From positions 1 to 32,625 of the forward strand of contig DAOWCC010000003.1 in NCBI GenBank assembly GCA_030639665.1: a DNA stretch of 32,625 nt, given 5' to 3'. Made by a program: the position numbers and the translations under genes. Each line of letters starts with the position of its first letter. The first letter of the stretch is position 1. This stretch comes from Elusimicrobiota bacterium (lineage in GTDB: Bacteria; Elusimicrobiota; Elusimicrobia; Elusimicrobiales; UBA9959). The notes below the pieces were generated by a model. It was not told the DNA's origin and did not search any database. It saw only the letters and a list, made by a program, of their open reading frames with translations. Positions 19,574 to 27,355 of this stretch are shown piece after piece.

Positions 19574-21166
19574 ATGAATATGTCAAAATTATTTACAAGT
19601 AAAAGCAAAAATTATGAGCTGTTTTTGGTTCTTGTTCCCGCTATTTTTTCCTGCTTGCAATTATACTATATTCAGAATATCTATCTTTATTTCTACATTT
19701 TAAGTGAAACAAGGTCGGCCAAGCTGGTTTTTTTGGCGGTAATTCCTTTGCTTATTTCGGAATTTTTGGCGACAAAATTTTGGGAAGCCTCAAAATACGG
19801 TTGGACCAATCGGGTTAAGGCGGCTTTTTTTGCCCGTTGCGTTATTTTATTCGGCGCGGGGCTGATTTTTTTCTGGTATCCGGTCAAAATGAAAGATTCG
19901 GCCGGTTTAATAGCGCCTTTGATTTGGAGATGGGTTGATGTTGTCAGGATTTCATGGGAGGCCAGTATTTTCCCCGCCTCTTTTTTTCTCATTTTTATTC
20001 TATTTTTTTATTATCAATTTACAGTGAAGAGACGCCTTTTTAGATTTGTTTCCACTTTGTTTATTCCCTTTGTTGCAACGGTTTTGCTTTTTTCGCTTTT
20101 ATATTTTAATCCGACAAGTTTTTTTAGAACATGGAATTTAAAAAGGCCGAGCGAGGTTGAAAGCGTTTTTCCAAAAGAAAATTCGGATTTTAAAAATAAA
20201 TTTTTGCCTCAAGGAGATTTTTTTCCGCATGACTTGTATGTTGAGAAAAACGACGCGTGGGCCATGTTTTCAAACGGGCCGACTTTCAGAAGCGCCAAAG
20301 ATGAAGATAAGCTTAGTTTCTTATGGATAAATTTAAAAAATTTGGAATTCCAAGCTTTTTTGGGAGGGCAGATTCGCAGGTTTTATTCCGAATGTTCCGA
20401 TAAATTTTATTTTTCTCCCTGGCATAAAAGCGTTTTATTTGAATACGCGCCCGGAAGCAAAACTTTTAAAAATATAGATTTGCCGGGAGAGGTGGCCGGA
20501 GAAAAAGTAAAAGAGCTTTTTTCCGTTTATCACGATTGCCAAAATAAAAAAGTTTATGTCGCGAACAATATAAATCCGGCTTTATTTGTTTTAAGCAGTT
20601 TGGATAATAAGCTGGAAAAAAGCCTGTCATTGGTTGGGAAAAACGGCATCAGGCAAGGTTCTCATATCTTTGCGGTTAAGCGAAATCCATTTAGGAAAAC
20701 GATAATTTTATCAATGTATCCGAAATATTCCTTGATTGAGCTTGATGAAAAAACCCTTGCTTTTAAAAATAAAATGGGAGTCATACAGCATAGATGCGCG
20801 TATTTTGATGTGGTTGTGTCTTCCGACGGCAAGTATTTATACGCTCCGGCCATATTTAGAAAACAAATAATGAAATTTAACGCTGAAACCTTTGAGTTGG
20901 TTAAAAAAATTAAATCCGAGCCCCATTGCCGGAAATTGGTTTTTTCAAAGGACGGCAGATGGCTTTTTGCGGTTTCATATTTAACGGGAAAAGTTTTAAT
21001 ATATGATGTCGAATCCGATTCTATGCTGACTTCTTTTTATGTTACTCCCAGAGCTGAAACATTGTATGCTACCGACAAATATCTTTATATAGCGGGAGCG
21101 GAAGGCTTATTCAGAATTTCAAATGAAGCCTTGAATTTTATGGTTCAAAATAATGCGAAGTCTTAG
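19574..21166 (+). CDS. Membrane protein with about 5 N-terminal TM helices and a C-terminal YncE/YVTN-like beta-propeller
   Basis: Hydrophobic segments in the first ~180 aa. Blade repeats KKVYVAN, VVSSDGKYLY, VFSKDGRWLFAVSYLTGKVLIYD and TDKYLYI. Confidence 0.7.
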   Translation: MNMSKLFTSKSKNYELFLVLVPAIFSCLQLYYIQNIYLYFYILSETRSAKLVFLAVIPLLISEFLATKFWEASKYGWTNRVKAAFFARCVILFGAGLIFFWYPVKMKDSAGLIAPLIWRWVDVVRISWEASIFPASFFLIFILFFYYQFTVKRRLFRFVSTLFIPFVATVLLFSLLYFNPTSFFRTWNLKRPSEVESVFPKENSDFKNKFLPQGDFFPHDLYVEKNDAWAMFSNGPTFRSAKDEDKLSFLWINLKNLEFQAFLGGQIRRFYSECSDKFYFSPWHKSVLFEYAPGSKTFKNIDLPGEVAGEKVKELFSVYHDCQNKKVYVANNINPALFVLSSLDNKLEKSLSLVGKNGIRQGSHIFAVKRNPFRKTIILSMYPKYSLIELDEKTLAFKNKMGVIQHRCAYFDVVVSSDGKYLYAPAIFRKQIMKFNAETFELVKKIKSEPHCRKLVFSKDGRWLFAVSYLTGKVLIYDVESDSMLTSFYVTPRAETLYATDKYLYIAGAEGLFRISNEALNFMVQNNAKS

Positions 21167-21223
21167 TATTTCGTTAATAGGGCATATGGATTTGGAAATT
21201 AAAATTTATAGAGCGATAACGGT

Positions 21224-21252
21224 TTGACGAAAGGGTTTAAAAAATATATAAA
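21224..21252 (+). promoter_or_regulatory. Sigma70-type promoter for the carbamoyltransferase-carbamate kinase pair
   Basis: TTGACG (21224-21229), 17 bp, TATAAA (21247-21252). SD AAGGAG lies upstream of ATG21322. Confidence 0.55.
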
Positions 21253-21321
21253 ATAGGAAACAATGGGCGCGATTTCCATTAAAAAATATCGGCGGCGGAA
21301 AACAACTAAGGAGAATCAATA

Positions 21322-22335
21322 ATGAAAACAATGCTTAGAGGCAAAGATTGGATAGAGACCGTAAACTGGTCAAAAGAAGAACTGGAAACCGTTTTAGATG
21401 TTGCCAAATATCTTAAGATGAAATTCTCTCTTGGCGAAGCGCATAGAATCCTTCAAGATAAAACTTTATTCATGATGTTTTTTGAACAATCCACAAGAAC
21501 CAGAAATTCAACCGAAGCCGCTATGACTCAGCTTGGCGGACATGCCCATGATTTGACTCCTGATAAAATGCAGATATCTCATGGAGAGACGCCCAAAGAT
21601 ACGGGCAAAGTGCTTTCAAGATACGGCCACGGCATAGCCATAAGAAATTGTTTTTACGGCGTTGGAAACAAATATATAAGAGAGGTTGCCAAGGAAGCTG
21701 ATATTCCCGTTAGCAATCTTCAATGCGATGTTGATCATCCCTGTCAAACAATAGCGGATTTAATGACCATAAGGGAAAAATTCGGAACAAACCTCAAAGG
21801 CATGAAATTTGTTATTTCTTGGACTTATGCTCCCGCTTATGCGCGGCCTCTTTCCGTTCCTCAGGGTCTGGTAACCTTAATGCCGAGATTCGGCATGGAT
21901 GTTGTGCTTGCCCATCCGAAAGAATTTAAGCTTATGCCCAAAACCATAGCGGACGCGGAAAAATATGCCAGAGAATCCGGTTCAAAGTTTGAAATTGTCA
22001 ACGATATGGATGAAGCTTTCAAAGACGCCATAGTGCTTTATCCCAAATCATGGGGCTGTCATCAATTTCTTGATGAACAAAAAATTCCCGAGAAAGAAAG
22101 ACAGGCGCAGGGTATGGAATATTTGAATAAATACAAATCCTGGGTTTGCACTGAAAAAAGAATGAAACTTGCTGATAAGAAATCCGTCTATATGCATCCC
22201 CTTCCGGCCGATAGAGGCGCCGAGGTTGAAGACGCGGTAATTGACGGCCCGCAAAGCATTGTTTTTGATCAGGCGGAAAACAGGCTGCATACCGTAAAAT
22301 CAATACTCGCTCTTACAATGGGCGGCAGACCATAA
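21322..22335 (+). CDS. ygeW: Ornithine carbamoyltransferase-family enzyme, YgeW-like (knotted) carbamoyltransferase
   Basis: FFEQSTRTR (carbamoyl-phosphate site), HPCQ, YPKSW and MHPLP. SWTYAPAYARPLSVPQG...RFGMDVVLAHP closely resembles YgeW rather than ArgF (no SMG motif). Confidence 0.75.
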   Translation: MKTMLRGKDWIETVNWSKEELETVLDVAKYLKMKFSLGEAHRILQDKTLFMMFFEQSTRTRNSTEAAMTQLGGHAHDLTPDKMQISHGETPKDTGKVLSRYGHGIAIRNCFYGVGNKYIREVAKEADIPVSNLQCDVDHPCQTIADLMTIREKFGTNLKGMKFVISWTYAPAYARPLSVPQGLVTLMPRFGMDVVLAHPKEFKLMPKTIADAEKYARESGSKFEIVNDMDEAFKDAIVLYPKSWGCHQFLDEQKIPEKERQAQGMEYLNKYKSWVCTEKRMKLADKKSVYMHPLPADRGAEVEDAVIDGPQSIVFDQAENRLHTVKSILALTMGGRP

Positions 22336-22393
22336 AAATAGCGCGGCAGCGCGGCAGTACTTTGTGTTAAAAAAAAATAAAGGAAAATTTAAA

Positions 22394-23479
22394 ATGAAAA
22401 GAATCAGAATATTCGCTTTTGGCGGAAATGAAGTTTCCCCGTCAGGCCTTAAAGATGAAAATGGAAAAACCATAAATCCCGATATCGCGATGCAATGGCA
22501 AAGAACAAAAAAAACTTGCGAATTTGTGGCTGATATAATGAAGGAGCATCCCCAAGACACTTATATCATCACTCACGGCAATGGTCCGCAAGTTGGAAAT
22601 GTTCTTTTGAGAGCGGAATATTCAAGGCCTATTTTGCCGTCATTACCGCTTGATGTATGCGGCGCCGATACTCAGGGAGCAATGGGCTATATGATGGCTC
22701 AGCTTCTGACAAATGAACTTAAATTGCGGGGAATTGATAAAGTGGCGGCTGAAACGGTTACACAGGTTTTGGTCAATGCCGATGATCCGGATTTTAAAAA
22801 TCCTTCAAAGTTTGTCGGTTCTTCTTATACCAAGGATGAGGCGGAAAGAAGAAAAGAGCAGAATGGTTGGGATGTTAAATTGTATAAGAAAGATGACGAA
22901 GGCAATGAAATTTGGCGCAGAGTTGTGCCTTCCCCCGTTCCCAAAACCATTATTGAAATAGATATTATAGATAAGAGCATAGAAGCCGGATTTATCCCCA
23001 TTTGCGTTGGCGGTGGTGGAGTTCCCGTAGTTGAAATAAAACCCGAGGACGGGGTTTATAATGCCAACTATGGCATTGGCTATAAATCCGAAAGCGATAT
23101 AAAATTACTTAAGGGCGTTGAAGCCGTTATAGACAAAGATTTGGCCTCGGCCTTGCTTGGAAAATTGCTTTTGGAAAAGGCGAAGGCTAAAGGGGAAGAG
23201 ATTGAAATTTCACTTACGATATTTACCGGTGAAGACGGCGCGAAATTAAATTATCAAAAACCCGATCAAGTGGATTTAAGAAAATTAACTTTAGCTGAAC
23301 TTGAAAAGATTCATTTTTCAAATCCTTGTCCTTTTCCCGCGGGAAGCATGGGACCCAAAATAAAAGCGATTATAGAGTTTTTGCGGTTTGGCGGCAATAT
23401 CGCTTATATAACAAAAACCGATTTATTTGAGGAAACTCTTAAAGGCCGAGCCGGCACTACGGTTACCCAAAAGGCGTAA
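22394..23479 (+). CDS. arcC: Carbamate kinase
   Basis: AFGGN, ITHGNGPQVG, GADTQGAMGY, TQVLV...DPDFKNPSKFVG, WRRVVPSP, GGGGVPV, GVEAVIDKD, GSMGPKI, AGT. Likely start ATG22394. Confidence 0.95.
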   Translation: MKRIRIFAFGGNEVSPSGLKDENGKTINPDIAMQWQRTKKTCEFVADIMKEHPQDTYIITHGNGPQVGNVLLRAEYSRPILPSLPLDVCGADTQGAMGYMMAQLLTNELKLRGIDKVAAETVTQVLVNADDPDFKNPSKFVGSSYTKDEAERRKEQNGWDVKLYKKDDEGNEIWRRVVPSPVPKTIIEIDIIDKSIEAGFIPICVGGGGVPVVEIKPEDGVYNANYGIGYKSESDIKLLKGVEAVIDKDLASALLGKLLLEKAKAKGEEIEISLTIFTGEDGAKLNYQKPDQVDLRKLTLAELEKIHFSNPCPFPAGSMGPKIKAIIEFLRFGGNIAYITKTDLFEETLKGRAGTTVTQKA

Positions 23480-23493
23480 ACCATTTTGAGCCG

Positions 23494-23514
23494 CCGGTTG
23501 CCGGTCACCGGTAT
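23494..23514. repeat. Short degenerate heptamer tandem repeat (CCGGTNN x3)
   Basis: CCGGTTG CCGGTCA CCGGTAT directly after the arcC stop. Confidence 0.45.
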
Positions 23515-23530
23515 GAGTGAGCCTTTTGTC

Positions 23531-23773
23531 CTAATTTAGCGTAACAGCTTGCCCGCCAATGCAGTAGTGGAGGGGAATTTCAAAGTTTAAAGCAACCACG
23601 AAAGTGTGAAAATTGAGAAGACACGAAAAACGGCGAAAAAAATAAAATATATTTCGGTCGTTCACATAGTTACCGACACTTTATGAAACATAGTTTCGTT
23701 CTTCGTGCTTTCAGCCTTTCGTGCCTTCGTGGTAATGTTTTATAAAGAGCTCCCGCCAAAGGCGGGCTAATTT
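23531..23773. mobile_element. Putative non-autonomous element, copy 3
   Basis: Bounded by a CTAATTT direct repeat (23531-23537 and 23767-23773). Contains GGAATTTCAAAG, the inverted repeat ACCACGAA... (23595-23627) / ...TTCGTGGT (23702-23733), the 45-nt core at 23656-23700 and the terminal hairpin CCCGCC-AAA-GGCGGG. Confidence 0.55.
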
Positions 23774-23779
23774 AAAAGA

Positions 23780-24787
23780 ATGCAATACAAAATAAAAAAT
23801 TGTGAAATCATCTTGAATACCGATTGTAATGCGAGGTGTTCTTTTTGTTATCAGCCCGATATGGAAACGACGGAAGCGTCATATCGAATGCCTTTTAAGG
23901 CAGCGGCGAAAGCGCTTTATGACGGAAGAAAAAGAGGCGCGCAAGTGGCGTATTTTATAGGCGGCGAGATAACGCTTCATCCGGAACTTCCCAAAATAAT
24001 AGCCTTTGCCAAAAAAGTCGGATATCCGTATATTCAGGTTATGAGTAATGCTTTAAAGCTCGCCGATTTCGCCTATACCAAAAGCTTAATCGACGCGGGC
24101 GCGAATTTATTTAAAATTTCATTGCATGGCTATAACGCGAAGATACATGATGATTTGGTAGGCGTGCCGGGCGCTTACGCGAAAATTATTAAAGCTTTTG
24201 AGCATATTGAAAAACTGGGCGCTGAAACAACAATCAACTATACGATGAATAAACATAATTATCAAACCGTTCATAAATTTGCCGAGCTTATAACGGAGAA
24301 ATTTAAAATAGAGGATTTTAATATTATCTTTCCGCATTATACCGGCATGATGAAAGATAATGCCAAAATACTTAAAGTGAGCGTGAATCAGGCCGAGCCT
24401 TATTTAAAAAAGATGTTAAAAGTTTTGGAAAAATCAAAGGCAAAAGTGGAAAATGCCATACTCATTAATTTTTGTCCTTGCAATCTGCCTGAGGCGACTC
24501 ATCTGATGACCGAATGGGAAAGACCGGATTCCGTTTTGGAAGATGAACCGATGTATCATCTTGAAGGTTATACGGAAAGAATTTATCAGATGAAAGAAGA
24601 GTTAAGAACAAAAAACAAAAGTTGCGCGAAATGTATTTATGATAAAAGATGTATGGGTTTTGAAAAGTGGTATGTGGATATTTTTGGTTCAAGAGAATTT
24701 AAGCCTGTGATTAAGCGCGTTAAACCCGTTAATGTTCGGCCCACTTACAGAAAAATAAAAAATTTGAAAAGCATGAAAGTTTCATAA
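23780..24787 (+). CDS. Radical SAM protein with a C-terminal Cys-rich (CxxC-x5-C) auxiliary region (HxsC/MoaA-like architecture)
   Basis: NTDCNARCSFCY, IGGEIT, ISLHG....HD, NFCPC, CAKCIYDKRCMG. Confidence 0.85.
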   Translation: MQYKIKNCEIILNTDCNARCSFCYQPDMETTEASYRMPFKAAAKALYDGRKRGAQVAYFIGGEITLHPELPKIIAFAKKVGYPYIQVMSNALKLADFAYTKSLIDAGANLFKISLHGYNAKIHDDLVGVPGAYAKIIKAFEHIEKLGAETTINYTMNKHNYQTVHKFAELITEKFKIEDFNIIFPHYTGMMKDNAKILKVSVNQAEPYLKKMLKVLEKSKAKVENAILINFCPCNLPEATHLMTEWERPDSVLEDEPMYHLEGYTERIYQMKEELRTKNKSCAKCIYDKRCMGFEKWYVDIFGSREFKPVIKRVKPVNVRPTYRKIKNLKSMKVS

Positions 24788-24831
24788 AAAGTATAATTGT
24801 AAGCATATAATTAGCTTAAAGGAGTTTTAAA

Positions 24832-26067
24832 GTGAGAAAGATAAAGACGGTTCAATGTATACAATGCGGGAAAGACCACGATTTTGATGATTTGGATATG
24901 GATTGCACTTCCTGCGGCGGCAATTTACATGTTATTTATGACTATAAACTTATAAAAAAGAGACTCACTTATGAAGAGTTGGAAGAAAATCCCGATAGGA
25001 GCATTTGGCGTTATATGGATCTCCTTCCTCTATCCAGTAATAAGCATTTGCCTTTGCCCAGTATAGGTTTCACGCCTCTTTATAAAGCGGAGAAATTGGG
25101 CCATGATATCGGTGTTCCCGAATTATATGTAAAGGATGAGGGAAGAAATCCGAGCGCTTCTTTTAAAGACAGAGCGAGCGCGATTGTTGTTGCCAGGGCC
25201 ATGGAGTTAAAAGAAAAAATTATTACAACCGCATCCACCGGCAACGCGGCTTCTTCGCTCGCGTGTTTAACGGCCGGCACAAATTTGAAAACCATAATTT
25301 TTGTTCCTGAAACGGCTCCCGCTCCAAAAATAGCGCAATTGCTTGTTTTTGGCGCTACTGTAATTACGGTCAAAGGAACTTATGATGACGCTTTTGAGCT
25401 TTCCGTGCAGGCTTCTCAGGAATATGGCTGGTATAATAGAAGCACCGGTTATAATCCTTTGACGAGAGAGGGGAAAAAAACTTGTTCGTATGAAATATGC
25501 GAACAAATGCATTGGGAATCTCCCGAGAAAGTTATAGTTCCGGTCGGCGATGGAAATATTATAAGCGGTTTATGGAAAGGTTTTATTGATTTTCATAAAC
25601 TTGGAATAATCGAAAAATTGCCTCAAATGATAGCTGTTCAAGCCGAGAATAGCAATGCGATTAAAAAAGCTTTTGACAGCGGCGGAGATATTGAGCCGGT
25701 AAGCGGCAACACCATAGCGGACAGCATATCCGTTCGCATGCCCAAAGATGGCATGTCGGCGCTTATGGCTATAAAAGATTCGGGAGGTTTTGCCGTTTCG
25801 GTTTCCGATGATGAGATATTAAAAGCTATTCCCGAGCTTGCCAGAGCTACCGGTGTTTTTGCTGAGCCAGCGGGCGCGGCCGGTCTTGCAGGCTTAAAAA
25901 AGGCGATTAAAGAAGGCAAAGTTGATGACGGCGATTCCGTAGTTTTAATCGCGACAGGCAATGGCCTGAAAGATATTAAAAGCGCCGTAAAAGCCACCGG
26001 CAAGCCTTTCTGCATAAATCCCGATATAAACGAATTAAAGAGCCTTGTTGATTCAGGAAAAATATGA
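24832..26067 (+). CDS. thrC: Threonine synthase / threonine synthase-like PLP enzyme
   Basis: N-terminal CxxC...CxxC zinc knuckle, SIWRY, GFTPL, KDEGRNPSASFKDR (PLP Lys), ASTGNAASS, EGKKT, VPVGDG, FAEPAGA, TGNGLKD. GTG start with SD AAGGAG. Confidence 0.85.
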   Translation: MRKIKTVQCIQCGKDHDFDDLDMDCTSCGGNLHVIYDYKLIKKRLTYEELEENPDRSIWRYMDLLPLSSNKHLPLPSIGFTPLYKAEKLGHDIGVPELYVKDEGRNPSASFKDRASAIVVARAMELKEKIITTASTGNAASSLACLTAGTNLKTIIFVPETAPAPKIAQLLVFGATVITVKGTYDDAFELSVQASQEYGWYNRSTGYNPLTREGKKTCSYEICEQMHWESPEKVIVPVGDGNIISGLWKGFIDFHKLGIIEKLPQMIAVQAENSNAIKKAFDSGGDIEPVSGNTIADSISVRMPKDGMSALMAIKDSGGFAVSVSDDEILKAIPELARATGVFAEPAGAAGLAGLKKAIKEGKVDDGDSVVLIATGNGLKDIKSAVKATGKPFCINPDINELKSLVDSGKI

Positions 26068-26068
26068 A

Positions 26069-26097
26069 GCTTGCCCAGCTTAAAAGGCTGGGCAAGC
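26069..26097. repeat. Perfect 11-bp hairpin after thrC (no U-tract)
   Basis: GCTTGCCCAGC-TTAAAAG-GCTGGGCAAGC. Confidence 0.6.
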
Positions 26098-26165
26098 GGA
26101 ATCCTCCGCTCTTCCAGTCCTCTTCGTTGCCCGGTGTTCTGTTTTTTTGTTTATTAATTTCCATA

Positions 26166-26232
26166 TAGGTCCTATGACCCATTGTCAAATAGTACCTTAG
26201 GTTCTTGACATTAGGTTTATCTGTGCTAGGAT
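26166..26232 (+). promoter_or_regulatory. Double palindromic operator plus sigma70 promoter of secreted paralog 1
   Basis: TAGGTC-CTAT-GACCCA (26166-26181), second box TAGTACCTTAGGTTCT 24 bp later, then TTGACA (26205-26210) and TGcTAGGAT. Confidence 0.65.
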
Positions 26233-26289
26233 ATAAGCATAGTTCACTATATCCTTACAAAAGACTTGAAGTAAAGCGGAGGTAGCGTT

Positions 26290-27153
26290 ATGAAAAAGAT
26301 ATTAGCTTTATTATTGTGTTTCGCGTTTGCCGGAGCGGCCGGAGCGGAAACGGCTAATTTTGACCAAGGTCTCAAGGGTAGCAATATTTTAAAGGATAGT
26401 CAGAATAAATCATACGCGTTTCCCAATTCTATCATTCCTTTTGACAGCAGTGACGGTTATACGGAAGATTGCGCGAGATTTAGTTTTCGCCCTTCAGATG
26501 CTTTATTGTCAAAGGAAGTAAAATTGCGCAGTGAAGAACATTCACAAGACTGTTATATTGTCAATGAAAAGGGGCCGAACGGCACTGTCATTCCCATGGA
26601 GATTTGCGATGATACTTATGGAGAGGTATGGAATAAAACCGTGCGAATGGAAATAATGGACAGGGAACTTTTTCCTTGGGAGGATGAGACTTTTAATATT
26701 TGTCTCAATGGTCCGGGGCTGACAATGCACTTTACTCAAGCGTCATACAAATATGATGTTAAGCAAACCGAACAGGACGGGAAAGCTTTCTTTGTCTTAA
26801 CGCCTAAAGAGAAAAAAGTATTGCGTCCCGATAAAAACGGAATTAATTTTATTGATTTGAAATATAATCAGGATTCAGGTGCGTATGTGCTTACGCTTAA
26901 GGATTCATGGGCAAAAGAATATGCCGGTGAAAGAGTTTTGCTTAAAGCGGATCTTTATCACGATAAGACTTTATGGGGTGATTCTCATGAAGGCGCGGGT
27001 GAAGTTACGCTTAATATAGCCGGTGAATATGAGGTTCTTATCCCCGCCAATGAGGTTAAGAAAGCTTATGTGAAATGGGGTTTTAAGAGAATAGGTAAAA
27101 TTTCCATAAGGGAGTTTATTGACAAAGGTGAAACGCCCAGAGTTGAAAAGTAG
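26290..27153 (+). CDS. Secreted hypothetical protein (tandem paralog 1)
   Basis: Sec signal MKKILALLLCFAFAGAAGA. Family motifs LFPWE.ETF, D.WAKEYAGE and KWGFKRIGKIS. SD GGAGGT. Confidence 0.85.
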   Translation: MKKILALLLCFAFAGAAGAETANFDQGLKGSNILKDSQNKSYAFPNSIIPFDSSDGYTEDCARFSFRPSDALLSKEVKLRSEEHSQDCYIVNEKGPNGTVIPMEICDDTYGEVWNKTVRMEIMDRELFPWEDETFNICLNGPGLTMHFTQASYKYDVKQTEQDGKAFFVLTPKEKKVLRPDKNGINFIDLKYNQDSGAYVLTLKDSWAKEYAGERVLLKADLYHDKTLWGDSHEGAGEVTLNIAGEYEVLIPANEVKKAYVKWGFKRIGKISIREFIDKGETPRVEK

Positions 27154-27181
27154 TTTTTTACGGCGGAAAACAGTTCTCAAA

Positions 27182-27216
27182 CCCCGCGGATATTGTTCCG
27201 CGGGGCTTTTTTATTT
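27182..27216 (+). terminator. Rho-independent terminator
   Basis: CCCCGCGGA-TATTGT-TCCGCGGGG followed by CTTTTTTATTT. Confidence 0.85.
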
Positions 27217-27235
27217 CATTCTTGATCTCAATCAA

Positions 27236-27275
27236 TAGGTCTTATGTCCCATTGATAAATAGGGCTTTACGTTCT
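27236..27275 (+). promoter_or_regulatory. Double palindromic operator of secreted paralog 2
   Basis: TAGGTC-TTAT-GTCCCA (27236-27251) and TAGGGCTTTACGTTCT 24 bp later. Confidence 0.65.
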
Positions 27276-27355
27276 TATGGGGTTGCGTTTGACTATGGTA
27301 AAATATAATTGGATTAGATGCGTTTTTAAAGATTTTAAAAGACAGAGGTGATATT

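Noticed and set aside
21322-23479. Arginine deiminase (arcABC) operon
   Set aside because: No arcA or arcD in the window, and the transcarbamylase lacks the ornithine-binding SMG motif and carries YgeW-type motifs.
26064-26168. 34-aa ORF MKLAQLKRLGKRNPPLFQSSSLPGVLFFCLLISI overlapping the thrC stop, as a possible RiPP precursor
   Set aside because: It is built from a hairpin, a low-complexity run and a T-tract, its stop lies in the operator box, and it has no leader/core pattern. It cannot be supported as coding.
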